A stretch of DNA of 63,971 nucleotides, filler included, from Octopus bimaculoides (taxonomy: Eukaryota), in NCBI RefSeq assembly GCF_001194135.2. It is 5 parts of 5 records of this genome, joined end to end, with 100 filler letters (N's around TTAATTAATTAA, not from the genome) between each part and the next. Parts side by side here need not be neighbours in the genome. Positions count along the whole stretch, not along the records: positions 1 to 29,232 come from NC_069006.1; 4 more parts are not named here. One strand, written 5' to 3'. How positions within the stretch are numbered: the first letter of the stretch is position 1; each line of letters starts with the position of its first letter. The translations under genes were made by a program, and so were the position numbers. Shown here piece after piece: positions 14,074 through 28,233 of this stretch. The notes beneath the pieces were generated by a model that saw nothing but the letters and a program-made list of their open reading frames with translations, had not been told where the DNA came from and searched no databases.

Positions 14074-15110
14074 GTATATATATATATATTGATGTATGGA
14101 TGTATATGTATATATATATATGTATATATATATATATNNNNNNNNNNATATATACTCGTACATATATGTGTGCGAGTGTGAATACTTATATATATGTGTG
14201 TATGTGTGTGTGTTTGTGACAGTGTGTGCGTGTGTTTGTTGATAGAGTTCATTCATATGCTAATATGCAGTCGATGTGTCACTGTTGTGATTGGTTTGTC
14301 CTTTCTAATTATGCCGATTTCCTTTCACCATTTTTTATGGCCATCCTTGACAGAAAAATGGCAGAACATAATAAACAATATAGAACAAAACATAAAAATG
14401 AAAGCGAAAAAAAAAAAAAACTAGCCCAACAATGTCAGCAGTAGCAGCAGCAACAGCAATAGTTGTAGCAGCAACTGCAGCAGCGACATACAATGGTGTA
14501 TCGATACGGTTAATAGGACAGAAGTGAGAATTTGGAAGCCAACATTTCGAAGCAAAATAACAGATTGTCAAGAGCAACAGAGGAACAAGAATAAAAGAAC
14601 AGATATATGACAAAAATGGTGGTGGTAGTGGTAGTGGTGATAGTGGTAGTGGGGGTGGTGATCGTGATAATGGTGTTGGTGGTGGTGGTGGTAGTGGTAG
14701 TAGCAGCAACAGCAGAAGAAGGAGGAGGAGGAAGTGGAAGGAGGATGGGGAGAAAGAGAAGAAGATGAAGGAGTACGAGGAAGAGGAGAACAGGGAGACG
14801 AAGAAGGAGTAGGAGAAGTGGAGGGAGAAGAAGAAGAAGAAGAAGAAGAAGAAGAAGAAGAAGAAGAAGAAGAAGAAGAAGAAGAAGAAGAAGAAGAAGA
14901 AGAAGAAGAAGAAGAAAACGACGAAGAAGAAGAAGAAGAAGGAGAAGAAGAACAACAAGAAGAACAAGAATGCGTTTGTGTTTCATGTTGATGTTTTCGT
15001 TACCGTGATGTTGATAAGGATGATGATGATGATGATGATAATGATGATGATGATAATGATGATGACGAGAAGGAGAGGAATGTGTGGTAGAAATTGATGA
15101 TGAAAACTAC
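12830..15110. repeat. Cluster of trinucleotide microsatellites ((CAT)n, (CGT)n, (CAG)n, (GGT)n, (GAA)n, (GAT)n) with dinucleotide runs
   Basis: Direct reading; a long (GAA)n tract lies at ~14829-14960. Confidence 0.9.
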
Positions 15111-15270
15111 AAGCTAGGTTATTACCAAAAAAAAAATGATAATGTCAAATGCGAAAGGATGTATAAAGCAGTAATTCAAACACCTGAAGCATTTAACAGC
15201 TCCTATACGTAACAACAACAACAACACATTCAAACCAACAACCACAAAACCGTCTCCTCTTCCCAACACA

Positions 15271-15310
<40 letters not shown>

Positions 15311-16810
15311 TCAATACACACACGAACCGACAAAATCAAAAGGCGCGTTGATAGATTTAAGCTGTGACTTGGATTCCATCATACACATGAAAAGGATATA
15401 GAAAAAAAAACTGGAAATGTTAAAATGCGTGCGCTATCCATAGAGTTGGTAAGTTATGGCGGATGTTATATATCACGGGAAGAGAATTAAATGGCGACTA
15501 CCGTTGGCAAACTTACTGAAGCAGCACATTCCCTTTGTTATCCAGGTATGATATAGTTGCTAGGAATATCTGGTGAATGATACATTTTTATTGTTCAAAC
15601 AAGATCCGATCGTGAGATGGTGTATTCGGGACAAGAACAACTTCTTTTTTACGAGAGTGAAAAATTCTACTAAACGTCTTTCTCATCCATATATATATAT
15701 ATATATATATATATCCCGCGGTACACTTTCATACACTTATAAACAGGATCCAAGGAAAACGGTACTGTTAGTAACAATTAGAAAAGATAACTTGAAATTC
15801 CTCAAATCACACTCTAACTATAAAATTTAACAGACATATTGAAAAATATTTAATACAGAAATGTGTCTGAAGAGGAAATTGTCGAGACGATACTGATTTA
15901 ATGCCTTATTTTAGGAATGTAAATGTACTAATCCTCGCCTTCATTCACAGACGTGTCTATAGTACATCTATATCCACATATACCTAAATGAGATCATCTG
16001 TTTAAATACGTAAATGCGACACATATTAAAAAAGTATAGAAACTATGAAACTTAAGAGAAGTATTGCATGCAATGAAGACAGAAGCGTTATATACTGTTT
16101 CGCTTTTGCATTTGGTTTGCAAGATTCTTTATGTGAATTCGTCTGTTGAAGCATATTTTATTCTGTCAGGAGAAAGTCATTCGGTTGTAGTACCTTATTA
16201 TTTAACACACTCACCAGTTCGATTTCCTACTTATTTGGTTATTTATTCTTTCTAAAATTTTCGTTGTGTTTTGAAACCTTTTCAACGACTATTCACAAGG
16301 CTGCAAACGCAACGAACATTCTAGGATAAATAACTAAATGAGTGAAAATTGAACCGGTGAGTGTGGTAAATAATAAGGCACTAAAAGAGAATGACTCTCC
16401 GCACATGCAATAAAGTTATGCACTATGTTTGAAGAGGAATGAATCTGGATGATATCGGCTACAATGCTTTATTTTTACTTTAAGTAGTGCGTTCAGTCAA
16501 GCCTTACCTACGTCAGGATACTGAGATCGCATATCAGGAAAACAAGAAATTTCTTATTTAGAAGGTCGAAACCTATTACTAAACTTCTACGTTAAAAGAG
16601 ACATGTCGAAAACCAAACGTACCTACAAACGATCCAAGAAAGAAGATAATATATTAATGATCCACATATTGCAAAAGGTAGATCTCCATAATCAAACCAT
16701 ACCCTGCTGGCTACAGAATTGAATGACGGGGATATTCGAGGATATGAATACATATATATTGATATACAAGCAGATATATATATATGAGTATATATATATA
16801 TATATATGTG

Positions 16811-17075
16811 GAGGTCTTCAAGACAAAACTTGACGCTTTCCTCTCCACGATACCAGACGAACCAATGGCTCGTAATGAGACGCAGTTTAGGGCAGCGATG
16901 TCAAATTCTCTTATACGCCAGATGTGCCATCAAAACTCTTGATTGGACCATATCAGGTGGGGGAGAAGAGCCATGCAAGGAACGTGAAGAGAGCAAAGCA
17001 TAAAGACAGAAAATCACGGTGGTGCTCCAGCATGACCGCAGCCACTTGGCTGAAACCCATAAATAAATAAATATA
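16811..17075 (+). mobile_element. 3' end of a CR1/L2-like LINE
   Basis: EVFKTKLDAFLSTIPDEPMARNETQFRAAMSNSLIRQMCHQNS* (stop 16940-16942) matches the FK.KLD.FL...PDEP...RAA.SNSL terminus of CR1-group ORF2. A 3' UTR follows and ends in (AAAT)n. Confidence 0.65.
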
Positions 17076-17909
17076 NNNNNNNNNNNNNNNNNNNNNNNNN
17101 NNNNNNNNNNNNNNNNNNNNNNNNNNNNNNNNNNNNNNNNNNNNNNNNNNNNNNNNNNNNNNNNNNNNNNNNNNNNNNNNNNNNNNNNNNNNNNNNNNNN
17201 NNNNNNNNNNNNNNNNNNNNNNNNNNNNNNNNNNNNNNNNNNNNNNNNNNNNNNNNNNNNNNNNNNNNNNNNNNNNNNNNNNNNNNNNNNNNNNNNNNNN
17301 NNNNNNNNNNNNNNNNNNNNNNNNNNNNNNNNNNNNNNNNNNNNNNNNNNNNNNNNNNTATATATATATATATATGTATATATATATAAATTCACGTATG
17401 TGTGTACCTCTCTGTGTGTTATATGTTTATATGACTGAATTCGTTTTGTGAGAATGTAAGCATTTATGTATGTATGTATGTATGTATGTATGTATGTATG
17501 TATGTATGGATGCATGGATGGATGGATTGATGGTAAACACGGCTATATTTCATTTATCAAATTAAATAAGGGGCCGAAACTGAAAGAAAAAAGGTACGAG
17601 AAACAAGTGAATGATAAATGAAGGAGTGACGTAAGAGAAGAAGAACAATTGGAAAGACGAAAGTAAGTCTTAAACAAGCAAACGAAGAAGAAAAACAATA
17701 TTAAAACCGTATTTCGCGTCCTCTACTTCTTTTTTCTGTTTTCATTTCTTGCTCGACTCATCCCTTTTTCTTATTTTTCGTATTTTCTTATTTTCTTCTC
17801 CTTCTTCATTTTCTCATTCCTATCGTTGTTATTTTCATTACTGTTATTATTAATATTATTATTATTAATTTAAATAATATTCACATAAGTTTTATTATTA
17901 TTATTATTA

Positions 17910-17959
<50 letters not shown>

Positions 17960-17960
17960 G

Positions 17961-18013
<53 letters not shown>

Positions 18014-18502
18014 TGGTATATGAATGATAATGACGTTCATTATGATGATGATAATGATGATGAAGATGATGTTATGAAAAAAATTATATATTTAAATAAA
18101 AAGTAAAGTAAAAAAAAAACACACGCACGCAGTCGCTGATGAAAATCAGATTCTATTGAAAGAGGAATTTCAAATTCCAAGAATGTAAGACAAGAAACAT
18201 CGAAAATACAAGTTTCCAAAACTGACAACAAAATATTACAACATAAGAAAGTGGCACTAACCGAGATCATTACTCATTCAACATAACAATTTACATATGT
18301 ACACCTACGTAGACGTGCCTATAAGCATACTACATAAACATATGTACGTATCTCTAACTATACACATATATATATATGCATACATATAAATGTAATACTA
18401 TGCTCACATATACAAACACATACACACACATACAAACAAATAAACACACACACACATATATATATATATGCATATATATAAATCTAGATAAAGGTATAGA
18501 TT

Positions 18503-18583
<81 letters not shown>

Positions 18584-18660
18584 GTGTGTGTGTGTGTGTG
18601 TGTGTATACATATTGATACGCAATTTTATCGATATATATATATATATATATATACATTCG

Positions 18661-18694
<34 letters not shown>

Positions 18695-19371
18695 CACATA
18701 TATATACACACGCACACACACACACACACACACAAACACACACATATATATATATATATATATTAACGTATTTATAGAATAAGAGATCCATCGCCACAAA
18801 TATATGTACGTACATCCCGCCACGCACAAATGCATACACAGGCACAAATGTGTTTAATGTATGAATATAGATGCATATATACAAACACACTTAATTCATA
18901 GATTCATTCATACTGAGAGACACAAATACTGTAACACTGACTCATATGAAATCAAAGTTATAAAACAACGGCAACAACAATAGCAATACCACCACCACAG
19001 CCAGCAACACCAACACCACCTACACCTAACAGGAATAAAACCAACAACAAATAGCAACAACAAGCATAACAATAAAGGAGAAACCAAGACAGATAACAGA
19101 AAGCACAAATAACAAAACGAAGAAAACAAAATTCAGAATAGCAGAAGATGTTTCAACGAAGAGAACAGAAATGGAAAACTGAAAATAATGAAATATTTCA
19201 CCACTGGGCGCCATCTTTGAATAGATGTGTTATATTGGAATGTAAAAGTTGGCCATCTTTCATGTGGTTTCGACCCTTTATTGGCGGCAAACGTCGATTA
19301 ATTAAAAAGAGACAAGAGAGAAAGTAGGGGAGTGCAATATGAATGGGTATATCAATCCAAATACACGAATG

Positions 19372-19409
<38 letters not shown>

Positions 19410-20546
19410 TATATTTTTTTATATATATATATAAATATATATATATATAAATNNNNNNNNNNNNNNNNNNNNNNNNNNNNNNNNNNNNNNNNNNNNNNNN
19501 NNNNNNNNNNNNNNNNNNNNNNNNNNNNNNNNNNNNNNNNNNNNNNNNNNNNNNNNNNNNNNNNNNNNNNNNNNNNNNNNNNNNNNNNNNNNNNNNNNNN
19601 NNNNNNNNNNNNNNNNNNNNNNNNNNNNNNNNNNNNNNNNNNNNNNNNNNNNNNNNNNNNNNNNNNNNNNNNNNNNNNNNNNNNNNNNNNNNNNNNNNNN
19701 NNNNNNNNNNNNNNNNNNNNNNNNNNNNNNNNNNNNNNNNNNNNNNNNNNNNNNNNNNNNNNNNNNNNNNNNNNNNNNNNNNNNNNNNNNNNNNNNNNNN
19801 NNNNNNNNNNNNNNNNNNNNNNNNNNNNNNNNNNNNNNNNNNNNNNNNNNNNNNNNNNNNNNNNNNNNNNNNNNNNNNNNNNNNNNNNNNNNNNNNNNNN
19901 NNNNNNNNNNNNNNNNNNNNNNNNNNNNNNNNNNNNNNNNNNNNNNNNNNNNNNNNNNNNNNNNNNNNNNNNNNNNNNNNNNNNNNNNNNNNNNNNNNNN
20001 NNNNNNNNNNNNNNNNNNNNNNNNNNNNNNNNNNNNNNNNNNNNNNNNNNNNNNNNNNNNNNNNNNNNNNNNNNNNNNNNNNNNNNNNNNNNNNNNNNNN
20101 NNNNNNNNNNNNNNNNNNNNNNNNNNNNNNNNNNNNNNNNNNNNNNNNNNNNNNNNNNNNNNNNNNNNNNNNNNNNNNNNNNNNNNNNNNNNNNNNNNNN
20201 NNNNNNNNNNNNNNNNNNNNNNNNNNNNNNNNNNNNNNNNNNNNNNNNNNNNNNNNNNNNNNNNNNNNNNNNNNNNNNNNNNNNNNNNNNNNNNNNNNNN
20301 NNNNNNNNNNNNNNNNNNNNNNNNNNNNNNNNNNNNNNNNNNNNNNNNNNNNNNNNNNNNNNNNNNNNNNNNNNNNNNNNNNNNNNNNNNNNNNNNNNNN
20401 NNNNNNNNNNNNNNNNNNNNNNNNNNNNNNNNGTATTAAAATGTACTAATATGAAATATATTGTTATTCTCAACCACGGAATCGAGTACTCTTTTTCGGA
20501 CAGTTAATACTGCGCAGATATATACATATGTATGTATATATGTATG

Positions 20547-20627
<81 letters not shown>

Positions 20628-21715
20628 TAGGCTTACTACCCAGCGTTGCTTGGTAAGGTATTCACGGAAATATTTGCCAGTTTGTAGAATGGGTATTCAC
20701 GGTAGTTATGCATGTATATACATTTAACCTAACTTTTGGTCTTACTTAATTTGAACTAGTGAGTCAATAATAATCGATTTACATGAGTAGAAGCCTTTTT
20801 TAAAACAATTTTTATCTTGTACGTCACCTGTTACGTTTGTTTTAAAGTGACAGAGGGTAGAAAGTGAAAGATGTATGAACGTGTATATGAAATGGCCGTG
20901 TGTGTGAGATAGAGAGAGTGTGCCTCTTATACATACATGAGAACACACACGTACCCTCACTCACACATACACACTCTCTCTCTCACTCACACATACACAC
21001 ACATGCACATGTATATACAAAGATGTACGCATATGTATTGATGTACGTACGTATACATGACAACACACCCCTTCTCTCACTCACTCACTTCTCTCTCTCT
21101 CTTCCTCTCTGTCGTCCTCTATCTCTCTTTCTTTCACACACACACGTCCATTTCATATACACGTACATATATCTTTTACTTTCTCCTCACTTTCACTTTA
21201 AACCAAAAGTAAAGAAATTAATTTTTTTAATGGAAATTAAGGAACTGCGGATGATGAAATCGCATTCAGTTTAAAATATTTCCAAATAATTAAAATACTG
21301 TGTACGTCAAAATGTGGACATTTTTTCTTAGGGAGCCCGAAAAGTATGTGTGTATATATGTCACAGATAGCAGACGTGTGTTTGTGTTGATTGACTCACC
21401 ATGACATTTATTACAAGTGTGTGTATTCTGTATATGTGTATGTGTGTTGACGTCACGGAATCCATGTAATTTTTCGTCAACAAATAAAAACAGTTGTGTT
21501 TCATCGTTTACATAGAGGTCCAAATATCACAAAAGTTTGTACTGCACTGCTGAAGGTAAGTATAAAAATAAATATTAGAAAAAAATAAAGACAAAATATA
21601 CTATTTCTGAGATATTTCACCTACAAACAAACATGCCTAGAGTTTCAGTATTATCAATATATATGTATGTTTGTGTGTGTGTGTATATACACATCTATAT
21701 GTATATAAGCATATA

Positions 21716-21761
<46 letters not shown>

Positions 21762-22184
21762 NNNNNNNNNNNNNNNNNNNNNNNNNNNNNNNNNNNNNNN
21801 NNNNNNNNNNNNNNNNNNNNNNNNNNNNNNNNNNNNNNNNNNNNNNNNNNNNNNNNNNNNNNNNNNNNNNNNNNNNNNNNNNNNNNNNNNNNNNNNNNNN
21901 NNNNNNNNNNNNNNNNNNNNNNNNNNNNNNNNNNNNNNNNNNNNNNNNNNNNNNNNNNNNNNNNNNNNNNNNNNNNNNNNNNNNNNNNNNNNNNNNNNNN
22001 NNNNNNNNNNNNNNNNNNNNNNNNNNNNNNNNNNNNNNNNNNNNNNNNNNNNNNNNNNNNNNNNNNNNNNNNNNNNNNNNNNNNNNNNNNNNNNNNNNNN
22101 NNNNNNNNNNNNNATAAGTGTTTCTCTTGAAAAAAAGTCTGAAAACTTTTGGGACGCCCTTGTGTTTGTGTTTGTGTTTGCGTG

Positions 22185-22223
<39 letters not shown>

Positions 22224-22268
22224 TTTGTTTGCCTGAGTGTGTTTGCTTGTGTGTGTGTGTGTATGTGC

Positions 22269-22302
<34 letters not shown>

Positions 22303-22451
22303 TTGTATGTGTGTATTTTCTGCATATGTAGATGCTTGTGTATTTGCGTATATGCATGTCTACGTATATATTGTTGTATGTGCGTATGTATCATTGCATG
22401 CGCTCGTATATATCATTGTGTTTTCCTGCAAGCACCCTCACATACATATAT

Positions 22452-22502
<51 letters not shown>

Positions 22503-23357
22503 TAAGCATACACACACACGCACATACGCAGACACACATTATCGGTTGTTTCTCATAGCTAAGATGTTCACTGGCCTCTTGAGCGATCTTTCCATCATAC
22601 TGATGGCATTGCAGATATCGAAGGCGAATCCTCACCGGAAGCTGGCATGATCAAAGCTGGCAAGGAAATAATAGCGTTGAACTGACAAGTGTTTTGCATC
22701 AACATTCTTTTTTCGGTTTTCCACTTAACTCCTACACATTCCTCTTTACTTCAAACGTTCAGTTCCATGTGATGGAAGGACTCCGTTCTCTCTTCACAAT
22801 TTTAGATTTCCTTACATAAATTTCACGAAATCATATTTCCCAGGCAAGTGCTGTACATAGAAGTGTAACATTATCTACGCAAAATTCACATCAAAATGCG
22901 ATGCACCCTCAGTATATAAATAATTCATTGGGACCAAATAAAACGTTGGCAAAAAAAAAAAAATTACATAGAAATGTATGGCACTCTTTGTACACACACG
23001 AATTCTGGGAGAAATATATTTCTACATTATTGGTAGCACAAACATTTCTCGATATACATTTTTTTCAGTCATACCCTGTTATCTTTACAAATAGTTATAT
23101 TCGTGCATATTTTTCTGCTTGAAATTAACCATTTTGCGAAGCTTAGATTTAAGTCTTGAAAAAGTGTAGTCTTATAAAATATGAACACTAAGCGTAAAGT
23201 TTACTGAACATTGCCCCGGTTGCACACATAAACGTTCATCAATCTCCTGTACTTACTTACCTACCTATATTCATAAATATATATATGTGCATATATGTGT
23301 ACATATGTATATGTGAAATTATCGAACATTCCGTTTTCTCTTTGTTTCTTTCTCCAT

Positions 23358-23520
23358 GATTGATCGCTCCACAAGTTCTTTGTTATTCTCCCTCTCTCTA
23401 TTTCCTCATATTCTTTTCTGAAGAAGAGCATAGGCTCGAAACGTAAAAGACTTCCTCAATTTCCCGAGCGTCAAATTAATACACCTGCTTGTTGTTCATA
23501 CACCTGTCATCCTCTTATGT
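23358..23520 (+). repeat. ~200-bp dispersed repeat, copy with the best-preserved minimal hammerhead-like motif (23411-23450)
   Basis: TTCTTTT-CTGAAGA-A-GAGC-ATAG-GCTC-GAAA-C-GTA-AAAGA. Homologous copies lie at ~7335-7460 (-), ~42380-42480 (-, degenerate), ~45619-45835 (+), ~59050-59250 (-) and ~59280-59441 (-). Confidence 0.6.
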
Positions 23521-24444
23521 TTTTCTGTCAATTTCAAACAATATATATATATATATATATATATANNNNNNNNNNNNNNNNNNNNNNNNNNNNNNNNNNN
23601 NNNNNNNNNNNNNNNNNNNNNNNNNNNNNNNNNNNNNNNNNNNNNNNNNNNNNNNNNNNNNNNNNNNNNNNNNNNNNNNNNNNNNNNNNNNNNNNNNNNN
23701 NNNNNNNNNNNNNNNNNNNNNNNNNNNNNNNNNNNNNNNNNNNNNNNNNNNNNNNNNNNNNNNNNNNNNNNNNNNNNNNNNNNNNNNNNNNNNNNNNNNN
23801 NNNNNNNNNNNNNNNNNNNNNNNNNNNNNNNNNNNNNNNNNNNNNNNNNNNNNNNNNNNNNNNNNNNNNNNNNNNNNNNNNNNNNNNNNNNNNNNNNNNN
23901 NNNNNNNNNNNNNNNNNNNNNNNNNNNNNNNNNNNNNNNNNNNNNNNNNNNNNNNNNNNNNNNNNNNNNNNNNNNNNNNNNNNNNNNNNNNNNNNNNNNN
24001 NNNNNNNNNNNNNNNNNNNNNNNNNNNNNNNNNNNNNNNNNNNNNNNNNNNNNNNNNNNNNNNNNNNNNNNNNNNNNNNNNNNNNNNNNNNNNNNNNNNN
24101 NNNNNNNNNNNNNNNNNNNNNNNNNNNNNNNNNNNNNNNNNNNNNNNNNNNNNNNNNNNNNNNNNNNNNNNNNNNNNNNNNNNNNNNNNNNNNNNNNNNN
24201 NNNNNNNNNNNNNNNNNNNNNNNNNNNNNNNNNNNNNNNNNNNNNNNNNNNNNNNNNNNNNNNNNNNNNNNNNNNNNNNNNNNNNNNNNNNNNNNNNNNN
24301 NNNNNNNNNNNNNNNNNNNNNNNNNNNNNNNNNNNNNNNNNNNNNNNNNNNNNNNNNNNNNNNNNNNNNNNNNNNNNNNNNNNNNNNNNNNNNNNNNNNN
24401 NNNNNNNNNNNNNNNNNNNNNNNNNNNNNNNNNNNNNNNNNNNN

Positions 24445-24481
<37 letters not shown>

Positions 24482-24782
24482 GGAACGTATATATGCACAC
24501 ACATATATACATGGTATACTTCTGTAAAACAATAATTGCAATCCATCACGGGAATGTACACATATATCCAGTAACTATATATCAAAATGCATTATCTCAC
24601 TTTGTGCAAATGCGGCACATCTGCGCTTTAGCGAATGTTAATACAGTATCATAGGGAATGCATAAATTATATATGGAGACATATATATGTTTATGTATTT
24701 ATATATGTGTATATGTGTCTGTAAATAATGTGCACCTATGTACATATGTATACGCATGTATAGTTATATATCTATATGTATA

Positions 24783-24835
<53 letters not shown>

Positions 24836-25542
24836 NNNNNNNNNNNNNNNNNNNNNNNNNNNNNNNNNNNNNNNNNNNNNNNNNNNNNNNNNNNNNNNNN
24901 NNNNNNNNNNNNNNNNNNNNNNNNNNNNNNNNNNNNNNNNNNNNNNNNNNNNNNNNNNNNNNNNNNNNNNNNNNNNNNNNNNNNNNNNNNNNNNNNNNNN
25001 NNNNNNNNNNNNNNNNNNNNNNNNNNNNNNNNNNNNNNNNNNNNNNNNNNNNNNNNNNNNNNNNNNNNNNNNNNNNNNNNNNNNNNNNNNNNNNNNNNNN
25101 NNNNNNNNNNNNNNNNNNNNNNNNNNNNNNNNNNNNNNNNNNNNNNNNNNNNNNNNNNNNNNNNNNNNNNNNNNNNNNNNNNNNNNNNNNNNNNNNNNNN
25201 NNNNNNNNNNNNNNNNNNNNNNNNNNNNNNNNNNNNNNNNNNNNNNNNNNNNNNNNNNNNNNNNNNNNNNNNNNNNNNNNNNNNNNNNNNNNNNNNNNNN
25301 NNNNNNNNNNNNNNNNNNNNNNNNNNNNNNNNNNNNNNNNNNNNNNNNNNNNNNNNNNNNNNNNNNNNNNNNNNNNNNNNNNNNNNNNNNNNNNNNNNNN
25401 NNNNNNNNNNNNNNNNNNNNNNNNNNNNNNNNNNNNNNNNNNNNNNNNNNNNNNNNNNNNNNNNNNNNNNNNNNNNNNNNNTATATATATATAGGTGACC
25501 CTTTGTACATTTCGAGATGCATATGTATATCTATCTATTTAT

Positions 25543-25603
<61 letters not shown>

Positions 25604-25643
25604 CATCTATCTAAATTTCAATGTATATGTATACATATATACA

Positions 25644-25705
<62 letters not shown>

Positions 25706-25722
25706 ATATATATTTATATATC

Positions 25723-25763
<41 letters not shown>

Positions 25764-26917
25764 TGCGTTTTGCGATGTGTGATAGGCAATATTTTCGTAA
25801 CAATATTGTTCTATGGTATATCAATCATATATAGATGAAAGGACTTGGTGACAGGCAGACAGGCAGGCAAGCCGCTTGCAAATGATAATGCAATGGCTCG
25901 GAGTGATATAGTAAAACAAAACTCGGCATATCAAATAACACCCACATATGCCTGCATTTGTATATACATATGCGTAGAAGTATATACAATCGCTCATACA
26001 TATATATATACATAGATATACAGGTATACATCTGTTTGTGTGTGTGTGTGTGTGTGTGCGTGTATGTGTGTTTGTGTGTGTGTGGGTGTGGGTGTTTATA
26101 TATACATGTATGTTTGTATGTATGCATGCATTAATGTATGTAACAATATAGATAGTTTCGTACATATAAAGAGACTTATTCTTTCCCCCTACGTTATATA
26201 ACTCGGCCGCCATTGCTGTTGACGCTGGATTATGCCTTCTCTATCTGAGAAGTAAGTTTATGTTAAAGAACACAAGACGGTTTCTTTACATCTTGACAGC
26301 TGGCCATTTTTTCTTCATTCTTTTTTCTGTTTTTAGTTCCCTAATGGATATTTTTTAGGCTGACACCTCTTCTTTTTTTTCCATGGATGTTCTCCACCGT
26401 GTGCATATCATTAGAATACTATCACCACTCGCATGTTTCTTTGGGCTTATATTTATAAACTGATATCAATATCATATTCGTTTGCTTTTATATCTTATAC
26501 CATTTCCTTCGTTTCGTTTTGAAGAGGTAAAGTGTTTATTTGTTTTTTTTGCTGTTGTTGTTTGCATATCGCGTTGATGTTATTGTTTTTGTTGTGCTGT
26601 TGATTGTGTTGATGTTGTTAGAAGCTATTACATCTGATATGGAAGCGAAAAGGGATCAAAATAAACACACACACACACGATATACTGTATGAGCGACTAT
26701 ATATGTCACCGTGTATATTCGTATTCCTCTATCTCCTTCTTTTCACTTTCTCTCCCGTTATATGTGTATGTGTGTGTGTATATATGTATATACATGCATA
26801 TATGTAGCAGGCGACTACGGTTGAGATAAGCCAACTGTTTGCTTTATGCATACATGCAATTATATATTTGCATAAATACATATATATATACATTGATAGA
26901 TATAGGCATACGCTTAT

Positions 26918-26951
<34 letters not shown>

Positions 26952-28168
26952 GTAGACATATATATATATATATGCCTATATATATATAGACATATATCAA
27001 AAACTATTTATTATCTGTATGTCCCTCATAATTTTTTGCAATTTCTCTCTCTTTCTCTCGCTCTCTTTATATATGTAAGTACATATATATATGTACATAT
27101 CCAAACAAACAAATTCATATAAACGTATAGTACTTGTTGTCCCTTTCTGAATCCAAGCAAGTCTTGCGTATGATACATAAATAATGTTAGATATTAATAT
27201 AAATCTGTACCTTTTACGAGAGACAGCTGGAAAGATAACATACATTCTATGTATACCGCCTTCAGATTTATGTCTTCAATTTTGAAATTTTCTCGCTTTA
27301 TATAGCAAGGGCTCTTCTCAATCATTCATATATGTGCGTGTGTGTTTATACATATATATCAATATATTGATATCTGCATAACTGTGTTAATATGTACGAA
27401 CTTATATTTCAATATATATAAATATATATTTGTCTGTGTATGTTTATGAGAAAATTATGGACTGTGACTTAGAAGTTTCGACTCGCTCATTTTCGTTAGT
27501 CTGCGTTATCTGAGGTCTTCGTCCTTCTAAAGGGTTTGCCAAGTTGTTCTAATAGATGATGTACCGCTAAGTAAATGATAGCTGTTGAGCAGGCACACTG
27601 GAAAATTAGTTGCGACTTGCAATTGACACATTTGTACACATCTTTAGCAAAATTCCACAGCAAACCAAAATAAATGTCCCTACAATAACTTGCTTTTAAC
27701 CAACTTCCCACAGACACATAAATAATAAAATAAAGATCTTTCACGAGTCATATAGACTCATGGCTCCGGTTTTCCAGTTTCTGTTCCGCATATATTCGCA
27801 AGGACGGAACACCTGTCTGCCGCAGGATTGCTTATGTTTACCTGCTGATTGGCCCGAAGCAACTTTAAATGAAATGTCTTGCTCAATATCACAACGCATC
27901 GCCTGCTAAGGTATTGAACTCATGACCTTAAGTTTGTGATTTCGGTTCCTACAGACATACGCTTTACATCCTCCACTGTATCCTCCCTCTGGACAGGTAC
28001 CATAATAATGGTTGATTTGAATGCGCAGAGCGTAGGAACAAATACTTACAACCATTTTGTTTTTCACCCGAGCGAATCAGTCAATTCGCCATCATCAATA
28101 TTAGTTTAAAATTATCTAAAATCATACACTACATAGTTCAATGAACAACTACGCTCAAGAATTCTTTC

Positions 28169-28233
28169 TATGATATACTATTATGATATACTATTATGAT
28201 ATACTATTATGAAATACTTCTATGATATACTAT
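28169..28233. repeat. 13-bp tandem repeat x5
   Basis: (TATGATATACTAT)3-TATGAAATACTTC-TATGATATACTAT. Confidence 0.85.

Noticed and set aside
12657-14991. Long ORFs with poly-His, poly-Ile, poly-Glu, poly-Leu or poly-Phe runs
   Set aside because: They are translations of trinucleotide microsatellites that are open in several frames on both strands, with no domain content or splice support.
6442-25838. Large ORFs of 200-390 aa spanning N runs, and [12 protein letters not shown] peptides
   Set aside because: They are artefacts of gaps (X) and dinucleotide repeats that lack stop codons.
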